From: Eledone cirrhosa | Lineage: Eukaryota | Assembly: GCA_964016885.1 (NCBI GenBank) | Contig: OZ024761.1 | Span: 12,958,001-13,022,000 of the forward strand | Reading direction: 5' to 3' | Length of the DNA stretch: 64,000 nucleotides | Shown here: positions 40,540-53,887 of the stretch, in pieces | How the letters are laid out: each line of letters begins with the position of its first letter | How positions within the stretch are numbered: the first letter of the stretch is position 1 | Notes under the pieces: generated by a model | The model's database searches: none | The model's input: only the letters and a program-made list of their open reading frames with translations | What the model was told of the DNA's origin: nothing | Program-made: the position numbers and the translations under genes

Positions 40540-40613
<74 letters not shown>

Positions 40614-40712
40614 CCTATCTATATATGCATATATATTGTATATAGTCTGTTTGTAGTGTGTGTGTATATATATATGTATATACATATATACATATACATA
40701 TAATATATATAA

Positions 40713-41005
40713 TATAAGATCAAAAGATGGTTAAAAGAGTTCCAAGTATTTTATTATGCACATTTCAAAAACAAATACCATGGGATGATATCTGCGTTCT
40801 TATCAGATAAAATAGGGAGACATGATATGAAGCTTAAAAAACACTTGTGAGCAGTGAAGTTTTAAATTAACATATTTAAGCTTCATATCATGTCTCCCTA
40901 TTTTATCTGTTGAGAACGCAGATATCATCCCATGATGATATTTGTTTTTGAAATGCGCATAATAAAATACTTGGAACTCTTTTAACCATCTTTTGGTCTT
41001 ATATT
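40713..41005. mobile_element. Fold-back element (~125-bp arms) with a hammerhead in each arm (+ copy 40899-40969)
   Basis: UAUUUUAU-CUGUUGA-(long stem II)-GAAA-UGCGCA-UA-AUAAAAUA. The inverted arm reads CUGAUAA, so the two-arm consensus is CUGAUGA. Confidence 0.8.
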
Positions 41006-41110
41006 ATTTATACTCCAGTCCTATAAACTGTGGAGTGCTACTTATCCGATATTTGCATTGCTTTATTGTACTACAATAAAACTCACTTCCTACATTATAT
41101 ATATATATAT

Positions 41111-41140
<30 letters not shown>

Positions 41141-41141
<1 letters not shown>

Positions 41142-41319
41142 ACGAAGGAAATGTGGTAAGGAACCAAGTGGACCATAACGCACCAAAGTACTCAATACTT
41201 AGGGTAGTAGAGTGGGTAATAGGAACGAGTAGGACCCCGACGGCTGAGCTCAAGCCGTTTAGACGGAATTAGCCGTCGAAACGGCTTGAGCTCAACTGTC
41301 GGGGTCCTACTCGTTCCTA
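41141..41319 (-). mobile_element. (TA)n-flanked snap-back element, family A
   Basis: Near-identical to 16366-16560 in reverse; centre shortened. Confidence 0.8.
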
Positions 41320-41396
41320 TATATATATATATATATATAATATATATATATATATATAATATATATATATATATATAATATATATATATATAATAT

Positions 41397-41524
<128 letters not shown>

Positions 41525-41525
41525 T

Positions 41526-41559
<34 letters not shown>

Positions 41560-41607
41560 ATATATATATATATAATATATATATATATAATATATATATA
41601 TATATAT

Positions 41608-41903
41608 GGAGCATTGGCCTTACAATCGAAAGGTTGTGAGTTCAATTCTCAGACCGGGTGATGTGTTGTTTCCTTGAGCAAGACATTTTATTTCACATTG
41701 CTCCAGTTTACTCAGCTGTAGAAATGAGATGATAGGGACTGGGGTCCCTATCATTCCACTGCAAAGTGGTCGTGGAGGTGCCACGGCAAAAAAGCACCCA
41801 GCACTCACTGAAGGGCATCCAGCTGTAGAGATCAAGCCAGAATCAGTTACCGTCCCACCTTTGCAAGCAGGGAAAAGCGGACATATGATGATGATGATGA
41901 TGA
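41608..41903 (+). mobile_element. CORE-type SINE
   Basis: Same as the 6043/44412 family. Confidence 0.82.
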
Positions 41904-41924
41904 TTATATATATATATCTAAATA

Positions 41925-42240
41925 GTGAGTCTTGTTTGTTTCGCCTGTTTGTCACAGGGTCATCAGACAAGAACTAACGATTCAATAGCAGACATAATAT
42001 AAATAAATAAAGGCTCGAGGTGGTGGAGAGGGTTTTAATTGATGAAGGGTAATTAAGATAGGGTGGACATGGTGGTGGTGGCAGTGGAGGGGGCGATATA
42101 GCTGTGGGAAGATGATAATGGGTGATAATAGACAGTCATAACATTTTAACTGGTCAGTGGGGGGTAGGGAATGAATGTTAAGGTGGGTGTATAGAGGCGG
42201 GGGGGGGGTAGTGGAAAGGTTGGTGGGATGGGATATACAT
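41925..42240 (-). mobile_element. Repeat family with a hammerhead relic (41930-41972); second copy 60200-60500
   Basis: UCUUGU-CUGAUGA-CCCUGU..ACAGGC-GAAAC-[stem III missing]-ACAAGA. The 60206-60243 copy keeps CUGAUGA and stem I but lacks GAAA. Confidence 0.6.
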
Positions 42241-42334
42241 GTATATATACAATTACACACGTAAGCATAAATATACATACATATAAACATATATACACAT
42301 ACTAAATATACATATGCAGATACTTACATATATG

Positions 42335-42389
<55 letters not shown>

Positions 42390-42469
42390 GATATTAAATA
42401 CTTGTTGAGTGCTTTTATATCAGTTATAAATATTTACTCGTTGTTAACCCAACAATTTAAATAAAACTT

Positions 42470-42535
<66 letters not shown>

Positions 42536-42651
42536 AACATACATATACATATAAAAGATGTACAAGAAAATATTTAAAAAAATTATAAAAAATTATTTAT
42601 ATACATATACAGATATATGTGCATATAAATCAAAACCTACATTTTATATAT

Positions 42652-42724
<73 letters not shown>

Positions 42725-42732
<8 letters not shown>

Positions 42733-42974
42733 CGTAAAATAAGAAAATCTTTTAAAAAGATTTTAACTTACTTACTTAAACTTTCACTCCAACTAATTAG
42801 TTTCTGCAATGGGATAAAAAATTTTTTAAAAAGATTTTCTTATTTTACGTCTTTTATATTATTGTTCTGCATCCTCCTGCATTGAACCACCTAGGTACTA
42901 TGACATAACCTGTGTATTTGCTGGCATTAGCGTACATCTGTGCGCTTATGTTAGTTGATATATTAAATTATCTA

Positions 42975-42975
<1 letters not shown>
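42725..42975. mobile_element. (TA)n-flanked partly inverted element with a hammerhead 3' half
   Basis: IR 'aaaagacgtaaaataagaaaatcttttaaaa' / reverse complement; minus strand GAAA-CUAAUUAG-UU at ~42790-42803. Confidence 0.55.
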
Positions 42976-43056
<81 letters not shown>

Positions 43057-43197
43057 CATATACACATATATATGTATACATACACACACATATACATGCA
43101 AATATATATTTACACACACACACATATATATATACACACACACACACACATATATATATATAGACACACACACATATATATATATATACATATCTAT

Positions 43198-43228
<31 letters not shown>

Positions 43229-43431
43229 CATACACATATATACATACACACATATGTATACATACACACAAATATATACACACACACATATTTACACACC
43301 CATACACATATATATACACACACACACATATATATATATACACACACATATATATGCATATATATATATATACATATCTATACACACACACATATATATA
43401 CATATCTATACACACACACATACACACATAA

Positions 43432-43507
<76 letters not shown>

Positions 43508-44004
43508 GTATATATAATCCATAAGGATGTAATGCTGGGCTGTAATATAAGATTGTTTTTTACAGTTTATATTTAAAAGCCAAAATTGGTTCAGATGTTA
43601 GTATAAAAGATTTGCAGAGTTTCAGCTGCACAAAGCTCACAGGGTCCCTTTATTTACATTTTCTCTATCTACTTCCGTTCACATCTATATATCTATCAAT
43701 TATCGTTGTTTAAAGAGAGCCATCAAATCACAATAAATGAAACCATAAAGTATTTTGTGTATATGTATATAGATAAATATCCTTTAAAACCCTCATGCTT
43801 CTCGAAATTCGCCCAAACTACACCTGATGTACCCCTTCCATACACATGCACACATGTGTATATCATGACTCATGCACTGTTCATTTTCCTGATGTTTGTG
43901 CATTGCCCTATGTACTGTACATACACTTTTTGATGAGTTGTAGTGCACCTGAGCACTGTACACAATATTTTCATTATTATTATATATATCATTTCATCAT
44001 TTCA

Positions 44005-44327
44005 TTTCATTTTACGTCCGCTTTTCCCTGCTTGCAAGGGTGGGACAGGAACTGATTCTGGCTTGATTTCTATAGCTGGATGCCCTTCCTAACACCAACC
44101 TCATTTACAGTGAGTGCTGGGTGCTTTTTTGCCGTGGCACCTCCACAACCACTTTTCAGTGGAATGATATGGACCCCAGTCCCTATCATCTCATTTCTGC
44201 AGCTGAGTAAACTGGAGCAATGTGAAATAAAGTGTCTTTCTCAAAGAAACAACACATCACCCGGTCTGAGAATTGAACTCACAACCTTTTGATTGCAATG
44301 CTCTAAACACTAAGCCATGTGCCTCCT
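44005..44327 (-). mobile_element. Full-length CORE-type SINE
   Basis: Reverse complement of 44412-44750. Confidence 0.85.
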
Positions 44328-44411
44328 ATATATATATATACGGAATGACCAGTTCTATTCAGTGGTAAACCAACAAACCTAAATATATATATATATATAT
44401 ATATACACACA

Positions 44412-44750
44412 TGGAGGCACATGGCTTAGTGGTTAGAGCATTGGCCTTGCAATCGAAAGGTTGTGAGTTCAATTCTCAGACTGGGTGATGTGTTGTTTCC
44501 TTGAGCAAGACACTTTATTTCACATTGCTCCAGTTTACTCAGCTGTAGAAATGAGATGATAGGGACTGGGGTCCCTATCATTCCACTGCAAAGTGGTCGT
44601 GGAGGTGCCACGGCAAAAAAGCACCCAGCACTCACTGTAAATGAGGTTGGTGTTAGGAAGGGCATCCAGCTGTAGAAATCAAGCCAGAATCAGTTCCCGT
44701 CCCACCCTTGCAAGCAGGGAAAAGTGGACGTAAAATGATGATGATGATGA
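44412..44750 (+). mobile_element. Full-length CORE-type SINE
   Basis: tRNA head 'tggcttagtggttagagc..gagttcaattctc', CORE-like box, RTE-like tail plus (tga)n. Confidence 0.85.
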
Positions 44751-45166
44751 TATCATCATCATCTTCATCGTTTAATGTCTATCTTCCACGTTGGAATGGG
44801 TTAGATGTGAATTGTCCCATTTGTCTCGCTCGTATAAGACTATCTGGCAGGTTTTCTATGGCTGGGAGCCCTTCCTAACACCAACCACATTACAGTGTGG
44901 ACTGGGAGCTTTTTACCGTGTTACCTACGCGACCACATTACATGGACCATGTATTTTTTTCTTTTCTTTATATATAATATATATATATATATATTATATA
45001 TATTATCATCATCGTTTAAAGTCTATGCTAGCACTGGTTTGATGGGTCTGTCCCATTAGAAGCAAGTTGGGTCAAGCAGGTGACAGTCTTGCTCATATAG
45101 GATTGTTTCTGGATGGTTTTCTACGGCTGGATGCCCTGCATAACGCCAACCACATTTACAGTGTGT

Positions 45167-45253
<87 letters not shown>

Positions 45254-45266
45254 TAATATAGATGAG

Positions 45267-45313
45267 ATTCTACAGGAGTAGAACTGTTTCATTCTTTAGA
45301 AATCATCAGGAAT
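45267..45313 (-). ncRNA. Type I hammerhead ribozyme with intact core
   Basis: AUUC-CUGAUGA-UUUCU-AA-AGAAU-GAAA-CAG-UUCUACUC-CUG-UA-GAAU (GUA cleavage triplet), between (CT)n and (TA)n tracts. Confidence 0.7.
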
Positions 45314-45640
45314 ATATATATATATGTATATATATGTGTGTGTGTGTGTATATATGTGTGTGTCTGTATATATATATATATGTCTGTGTATATATATATG
45401 TGTGTGTATATATATATATATGTGTGTGTATATATGTGTATATATGTGTGTGTGTGTGTGTATATATATATATGTGTGTATATATGTGTGTATATATATA
45501 TATATGTGTGTATATATATGTGTGTATATATATATATGTGTATATATATATATGTATATATGTGTGTATATATATACATATATATATATACATATATACA
45601 TATACATATATATATATATATACACACACATATATATATA

Positions 45641-45686
<46 letters not shown>

Positions 45687-45888
45687 TACATATACATATA
45701 TATATATATATATATACATGCACACACAGCATGCTTTTTAGTAATAAGTAAGATGTCACCTGAATATAGTCTAGTTAGCTTTAGAAACTGTCTAACTCTT
45801 ACAAACAGATGTTAAACGGTGATGATGATGATGTACACACACACACACACACACACCACACACCACACACCACACACACACCACACAC

Positions 45889-45966
<78 letters not shown>

Positions 45967-47179
45967 CTGGGCCCCAAAGGAAGATTGTAAAAGGAAACCT
46001 ATAATGAGTTTATTATTCAATTATCTCCCAGTTTATCAGTCACAATATCTCCGAATTATAGAACTGGTTGTATTTCCTGTGGTGTCAGACATTTTGTGGG
46101 GTGGTGGTGGTGATGGTGGTTGTAGTGTGGTTGTAGTGTGGTGGTGGTGTGGTTGTAGTGTCAGACATTTTGTGGGGTGGTGGTGGTGATGGTGGTTGTA
46201 GTGTGGTGGTGGTGTGGTTGTAGTGTCAGACATTTTGTGGTGGTGGTGGTGGTTGGGTTGTAGTGTCAGACATTTTGTGGTGGTGGTGGTTGGGTTGTAG
46301 TGTGGTGGTGGTGTGGTTGTAGTGTCAGACATTTTGTGGGGTGGTGGTGGTTGGGTTGTAGTGTGGTGGTTGGGTTGTAGTGTGGTGGTGGTGTGGTTGT
46401 AGTGTGGTGGTGGTGTGGTTGTAGTGTGGTGGTGGTGTGGGGTGGTGGTGGTTGGGTTGTAGTGTGGTGGTGGTGTGGTTGTAGTGTGGTGGTGGTGTGG
46501 TTGTAGTGTCAGACATTTTGTGGGGTGGTGATGGTGGTGGTGGTTGGGTTGTAGTGTGGTGGTGGTGTGGTTGTAGTGTCAGACATTTTGTGGTGGTGGT
46601 GGTGATGGGGTTGTAGTGTGGTGGTGTGGTTGTAGTGTGGTGGTGGTGTGGTTGTAGTGTCAGACATTCAGTGGTGGTGGTGGTGTTTGGTATTGGTGTA
46701 AGGTGGTGGGGCTGTAGTGTCAGATATTTGGTGGGGGGGGGGTTGATGTTGGTGTATGCTGGTGGGGGTTATAGAGTTAGACATGGTCCACTTTCTGCTC
46801 CATAGATAAGTGTTTGTACTTTAGCTTTGGACAAATTCTTTGCATGTGCCAATGTCTGTTAAAATTCTGTGAACTGCATTTTTAGTGAAGCCTGTTTCTC
46901 TTGCAATCGTCCTAACCCCTACTTGATGATATCTCACCAATTCCACATTTTGTTCATTTGTTGATAAGATATCAAAGAAATTTTGAATTTTCAAACTTGA
47001 ATTTTCACATTTAGAACGGATGACTTACGATTGGGCATTGATTGGTTGTGCCGCTTGTATCATCCAATATTTCATTTACAGAATTTTCCGTTGCTATACA
47101 GTATTTCTTCTAAACTTGCTTATATATCTGGCAGGGAATAATGTTTTATAGATCATCATTATCATCATCTTCATCATCA

Positions 47180-47568
47180 TCATCATTTTACGACCGCTTT
47201 TCCCTGCTTGCAAGGGTGGGACGGGTCCTATTCAGCACAGCATCTCTCCACTTGTCACGGTCCTTCGTCATCTCCTCTGTGAGCTTCAGAGATCTGCAGC
47301 CCGCTCTCACCTCCTCAGCCCATGTTTTTCGTGGTCTTCCTCTACTGCGTCTTCCTTCTACTGGCATTTCTTGGCACTTCTTTACCCAGCGGTCATCCTC
47401 TATGCGCATCTCATGTCCATACCATCTCAGCCTTCTCTCCCGCACACCACAACTTATCCCTCTTATACGCAGTTTCTCTCTCAACTTATCAATGCCTGGT
47501 CATTCACGCACATTGACATTGCACATCCAATGGAGCATGCTTGCTTCATTTCTCTCCAGCCGTCGCAA
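47180..47568 (-). mobile_element. RTE-clade LINE 3' fragment
   Basis: '[31 protein letters not shown]'; ends in (tga)n. Confidence 0.88.
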
Positions 47569-47869
47569 ATTTACAGTACACAAGGAAAAGAAATAAGTGC
47601 ATGCAAAATATGTTATAGTTGTCTTTTAAAAAATATGGAGTTTGCAGAAATAGTAATGATTATCTAATTAGTTTTGTACTAACCGGTTTCACTACAAGTA
47701 GCTTTTCAAAGTTTCATTTTAATTTGTTTCAAAGTTTCATTTAAACTGATGCCAAGCTGTATCAGCCATTGCCTTTCCCTTGGATAATGTCGGTGGTATG
47801 GAGAGGGGAGACTGATATACATGGGTGACTGCTGGTCTTTCACAAACAACAATCCAGCTGAGCTTGGCA

Positions 47870-48335
47870 TTACTTTTCATCTTCATTGAGTTGATATAGT
47901 AAAGTAGCAGTTAAATACTGGGGGTTGATTTAATCGACTTCCTCTAAAAATTGCCGGCCTTGTGTCTAAATTAAGAACTACTATTATTCCAAGGGCAGTG
48001 GATTGTCAGAATCAGTAGAGCGTCGGACAACATGCTTTGTGGCATAGAGTTACGGCCCTTTACGTTCTGAGTTCAAATCCTGCCGAGGTTAGCTTTCCCT
48101 TTCATCCTTACAGGGTCAATAATATAAAGTACCAGTAATACACTGGGGTCGATTTAATCAACAGTCCCCCCTCTTCCCCACAAAATTGCTGGCCTTGTGC
48201 CTAAAGTAGAAACCATTATTCTACATCTTGTTGGTATAACTGTTGTTCTACACCAGTAATACACTGGGGCCGATTTAATCGATTTCCCCCTCCCCACAAA
48301 ATTGCTGTCCTTTTTGCCTAAATCAGAAACCATTG
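47870..48335 (+). mobile_element. Cluster of Meta-type SINEs
   Basis: Head and body at 47995-48215 plus flanking 3' fragments. Confidence 0.8.
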
Positions 48336-48477
48336 CTTTACATCTTGTTATAGCTGTTTTCTATGTCATCTTTACTAATGTTCCATTTTTCCTCTTCTCC
48401 CTCTTTCTCTCTCTGCTCTGCTGCTGTTGTTGTTGTTGCTGCTGCTGTTGTTGTTGTTGTCCTGACCCCTGCTTTAG

Positions 48478-48578
48478 GAGTTGGCATCAAGTGCTCCATT
48501 CCAAGCTGATGATGGAGACAAGAAAATGGAGGGTTATCTCTTCAAGAGGACAACCAATGCATTCAAGTCTTGGGTTAG
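48478..48578 (+). CDS. ACAP: Internal exon of an ACAP/centaurin-beta Arf-GAP (start of PH domain)
   Basis: 'ctgac..gctttag|GAG...GTT AG|gtgagt' encodes ELASSAPFQADDGDKKMEGYLFKRTTNAFKSWV(R), matching the ACAP PH motif MEGYLFKRASNAFKTW-RRWF. Confidence 0.88.
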
Positions 48579-48675
48579 GTGAGTATGACAATATTGTTGT
48601 TGTTGCTGTTGTTGTCATCTATCTTGTTGTTGTTAGTGATGGTGGTGGTGTTGTCTATCTTACTATTGTTGTTGG

Positions 48676-48792
<117 letters not shown>

Positions 48793-49896
48793 CTATTTTA
48801 CGTTTTTATTACTTGTCTCACTAGCTTTTTTGGATTACCAGCTGTGTGGAGTTCTCAATACTTCCCCAAGTCTGTCATGGCTTATTTAGTTCTATCTATA
48901 TATTATCATCATCATCATCATCATCGTTTAACGTCTATCTTCCACGCTAACATGGGTTTAGATGGGAATTGTCCCACCTGAGGCAAGAGTGGTTGTCTCG
49001 CTCGTATAGGACTGTATCTGGCAGGTTTTCTATGGCTGGATGCCCTTCCTAACACCAACCATGTTTACAGTGTGAACTGGGAGGTTTTTACCGTGTTACC
49101 TACACGGCCACATTACAGCGGGGACTGTGTGTGTTTTTTTGTCGTGACACCTACACGACCTCATTTATTTAGGACTGGATGTTGTGGCACCCACATAACT
49201 TTACAGAGAAAGGGGTGGTGTTGGTGGGAGTGGGAGGATAGAGTAGGGGTAGTGGATTGGGGTGTATATTTGGTTAAGAGGTGCCTACTGACTGTAGGTT
49301 TCGCTTTATACTTAGGCAAGGCGGGTCTTCTGTATTACTGCGTAGCGCCAAAGATCTCGGTCCAGTGACATTGTCTTGGAGAGGTGTAAGGTCGGAATTT
49401 ATCAAATCATCCGCGGTTTTTCTGGGTCTACCTACTCCATAGCTTCCATCTATTTTGTATGTATGACCCTGTAACACCTGATAGTGGTAGAGGCGCTGTA
49501 TTGACATAGGGCATTTCTTGGGCATTTAAAGCCTGGTGGAGCCCTTCCCTCTGCAGACCTGAGTACAGCGGATGTCTTCCAGAGAGAGGAAGAATTGACC
49601 CCAGTACTAGACTGGTACTTTTTTCTTTATCGGCCTCGAAAGGATGAAGGGCAAAGTTGACCTCGGCGGGATTTGAACTCACAGACCCGGAATGAATGCA
49701 GTAAAGTATTCTTATCTAAAGTTCTAACCATTCTGCCAATTCACTGCAAGCTTTTTTATTACACGAGGAAATAAAAGATTTTGAATTTATTTATTGTGAA
49801 AAATATTTATACATCTATTTGAGACAATCTGCTTCCTTATTACATGAGGGGAAAAAAGACTGTTTATTGTGAAAATAAATAGCTCTATACGGACGT

Positions 49897-50812
49897 TTAA
49901 CCATTTAGCATTTACATTACTCTATATATACTATTGTATTTTCACAATAAAGGCTTTACCTCACATAATATCTCACATAACATTTACATTACTCTATATA
50001 TACTATTGTATTTTCACAGTAAAGGCTTTACCTCACATAATATCTCACATAACATTTACATTACTCTATATATACTATTGTATTTTCACAGTAAAGGCTT
50101 TACCTCACATAATATCTCACATAACATTTACATTACTCTATAGATACTATTGTATTGTCACAGTAAAGGCTTTACCTCACATAATATCTCACATAACATC
50201 TACATTACTCTGTATATACTATTGTATTTTCACAGTAAAGGCTTTACCTCACATAATATCTCACATAACATTTACATTACTTTATATATTCTATTATATT
50301 TTCATGGTAAAGGCTTTACCTCACATAATATCTCACATAACATTTACATTACTCTATATATACTATTGTATTTTCACAGTAAAGGCTTTACCTCACATAA
50401 TACCTCACATAACATTTACATTACTCTATATATACTATTGTATTTTTGTGGTAAAGGCTTTACCTCACATAATACCTCACATAACATCTACATTACTCTA
50501 TATATACTATTGTATTGTCACAGTAAAGGCTTTACCTCACATAATATCTCACATAACATTTACATTACTCTATATATACTATTGTATTTTTGTGGTAAAG
50601 GCTTTACCTCACATAATACCTCACATAACATCTACATTACTCTATATATACTATTGTATTTTTGTGGTAAAGGCTTTATCTCACCTAATATCAAATCTAT
50701 GAGATTTTGAGAACAATACCTTAACATAAGTATGAGCAGCCAGTTACAGCTGGTTTCAAGAGAAAGAGGTGAGAGAATTCTGGCCGGATATGGCCAGTTT
50801 TCATGCTAAATG
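49897..50812. mobile_element. piggyBac-like MITE expanded by an internal 72-bp unit x~11
   Basis: Starts 'ttaaccatttagcatttac'; period 49911 to 49983; ends with MITE right-end sequence. Confidence 0.85.
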
Positions 50813-51559
50813 AATAAATAAATAAATAGCACAAGGTATTCTACAAATTGCTCTACCGACTTTACCAACTCATAGTATACAGTTTGGCTTCATTTCATCT
50901 TTCAGTAGGGTGGAGTAAAATGGACAATTTGTATTATATAGCAGATAATTGTAGCTACAGGTGTAATTAGGTATAATTATGTGTATAGAAATGTCGGCGG
51001 GGGAGGTGGTGGTGGTGGGGAGACTTAAATGTCAAGGCTTTATCTATGTGTGTGTTTGTGTGTGTGTATGTATGTATGTATGTATGTGTGTGTATGTATA
51101 TATGTGTGTGTGTATGTATATACGTGTGTATGTGTGTGTGTATGTAGGTATGTATATCTTTGTGTGTGTATGTATTTGTATGTATGCATGCATGTATGTG
51201 TGTATTTATGTATGTGTATGTATGTATGTGTGTGTATGTATGTATGTATGTGTATGTATGTGTATGTATGCATATATGTGTGTGTGTGTGTGTATTTATG
51301 TATGTGTATGTATGCATGTATGTATGTGTATGTACGTGTATTTGTATGTGTGGGTGTGCATGTATGTATGTGTATGTATGTATGTGTGTATGAATGTGTA
51401 TAAGAGCTCCTTTGCCCTTTGACAGGTTTTGTTTTTAGTCCTGCAGGATGTCCAAAGTCACCCTCCTCACCAAGAAACCTTGGTGGGGTTGCCAGTTTAG
51501 TCGCCAACGACCCGACCATGGGACAGGTTGTACTGGGATACATGTTACCAGTAGCACCA

Positions 51560-51845
51560 ACTGGTGACCTGTGGAGCTATAAGTGTTCACCGGACGACGA
51601 CATGTGATGCTTGTGGAAGGATATGCAGGTCGAGTAGTGATCTCACACGACACTTCGGGTCACATGGTACCATGGGCCCAGCACTAGGTGTCAGTAATTG
51701 TCACAAGTGTAGTGTTTGTACCAGAGTTTTCAAGTCGCTGGTTGGACTAAAAAGTCACACTCGTTCAGCGCATCGGTAGGGGTCCTCCTACATGGATATA
51801 AAGTAGTGGCCATACTCGAAAACGAGTTGGCAGCCACCATGTTTG
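51560..51845 (+). mobile_element. RTE-like LINE 3' end with C2H2 zinc-finger remnants
   Basis: 'CDACGRICRSSSDLTRH' and 'CSVCTRVFKSLVGLKSHTRSAH', then a short tail 'ggccatactcga..cgag..ggcagcca' also seen at 51970. Confidence 0.6.
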
Positions 51846-52245
51846 TGTATGTATGTATGTGTGTATGTGTGTTTATTTTAATTTAATTTTTTATTTATTA
51901 ATTTTTTTTTTTTTAATTTATTTATTTATTTATTTTTTATTTATTTTTTTTATTTTTCTCCTCGTGCAATGGCCATACTCGATAACGAGGGGGCAGCCAT
52001 CATCATCATCATGTGTATGTATATATGTGTATGTATGTGTGTGGTCACGCTTTGGGAATCCAGCCGGATCAGTTGGAGACGATAGCTTGTGACAGGAGCC
52101 GCTGGAAGGAAGGGGTGTCTGAGGACTGTGCCCCTTACAACCCACTCAGGAATAAGTGGACGAAGAAGATGGAGGATATGGTGGTTAATTTCTTGGGCTC
52201 ATGATCGTAAGAGGCTTGGTTTAATTCTTCCCAGATCAGTTGGAG

Positions 52246-52365
52246 CACTGTGTCCTTGAGCAAGACACTTCATTCACTGTGTCCTTGAGCAAGACACTTC
52301 ATTCACTGTGTCCTTGAGCAAGACACTTCATTCACTGTGTCCTTGAGCAAGACACTTCATTCACT
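52246..52365 (+). repeat. 29-bp x4 tandem of the SINE CORE box
   Basis: cactgtgtccttgagcaagacacttcatt repeated. Confidence 0.85.
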
Positions 52366-52576
52366 TCACATTGCCTCAGTTCACTGGAGTCTGTTTTCAT
52401 GCTTGAATGAATAAATTGCTTCCTCTCCAGAACAGTATCTCCTCACTCCCACCCACCTCCTGCCCACCTTGTCAGGTCCCTGAGACTAGCTCTCACCACT
52501 TCTGCCTATGTCTACCTTGGACTACCTCCCTATCACATCTTATCTTCCTTTCATTTCCAACTTCTGGCACTTAACT

Positions 52577-52610
<34 letters not shown>

Positions 52611-52612
52611 GA

Positions 52613-52643
<31 letters not shown>

Positions 52644-53853
52644 ATGTGTGTGGATGTGTGTGTGTGTGTGTGTGGATGTGTGTGTGTGTGTGTGTATATA
52701 TACACACACATCTGATTTCAAATTGCTTATGTGTTGTATTTCACTTCCTAGAAATTTAGTTGGCGCCATCTGTAGTCTTTGACCTTCCCCCTCTCCGCCA
52801 CCTTACCCCTCCCCCGCCACCCCCACCACACCACTCCCTCCTCTACCCCTTCCCCCCTCCACCACCTTCATCCCCACCATCTCAACCCTAGCCCCCTCCG
52901 CCACCTTCATCCCTACCACCCCCGCCCCCACCACATCACTCCCTCCACCACCCATTCCCCCTCCGCAACCTTCATCCCCACCACCTCCCCCACCCCACCC
53001 ATCTCCACCCCCACAAATGTAAACAGTCCTTTCTCCGACTGACCCACTTATACATTGCCCCGTGGTGGGATATTGTGATGTTGTAAGCAGTGTTCTGTGT
53101 GTGTGTGTGTGTGTATATGTCTGTGTGTGTCTGTGTGTGTCTGTGTGTACATGTAATTATGCCTCTGTGTGTGTGTGTGTGTGTGTGTGTGTCTGTGTAT
53201 GTATACCTGTTTCTGTATATGTCTCTGTGTGTGTGTGTATGTATGTAATCTGTCTATGTATGTCTGTGTGTATGTGTGTGTACATGTAATTATGCATGTG
53301 TGTGTATGTGTGTGTCTGTATGTATACCTGTTTCTGTATATGTCTCTGTATGTATGTAATCTGTCTGTGTGTGTCTGTGTGTCTGTCTGTGTGTGTGTAC
53401 ATCTGTCTGTGTGTGTATGTATGTAATCTGTCTGTGTGTGTGTGTCTGTGTGTGTGTGTGTGTATGTAGGGTTGTTATATAACACTGGCCCCTCTCCCAA
53501 CTCTCACCATATTCTCCTTGATGTAAACTTCCTTATTTCACAATGTGATACATCTAATGTGTGTATATGTGTATATGTATGTTTGTGTTTGTCTATGTAC
53601 ATGTGTTTGTATGTGTATGTGTATACTTATGTATATGTGTATGGTTATGTGTGTGTCCATGTCTCTCTCTCTCTCTGTATGTATATATATATGTATGTAT
53701 ATATATATGTATGTATATATGTATGTATATATGTATGTATATATGTATGTATATATATATATGTATGTATATATATATGTATGTATATATATATGTATGT
53801 ATATATGTATGTATATATATATGTATGTATATATATATGTATGTATGTATATG

Positions 53854-53887
<34 letters not shown>

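Noticed and set aside
46785-47140. Unique-looking sequence as a possible host exon
   Set aside because: Stops in the frames examined; the minus strand resembles a decayed RTE post-RT region.
49869-50710. 277-aa repetitive hydrophobic ORF
   Set aside because: 72-bp tandem expansion inside a MITE.
51564-51779. Host C2H2 zinc-finger gene
   Set aside because: Short, no splice context, followed by a LINE-type tail; more likely a retrotransposon C-terminus.
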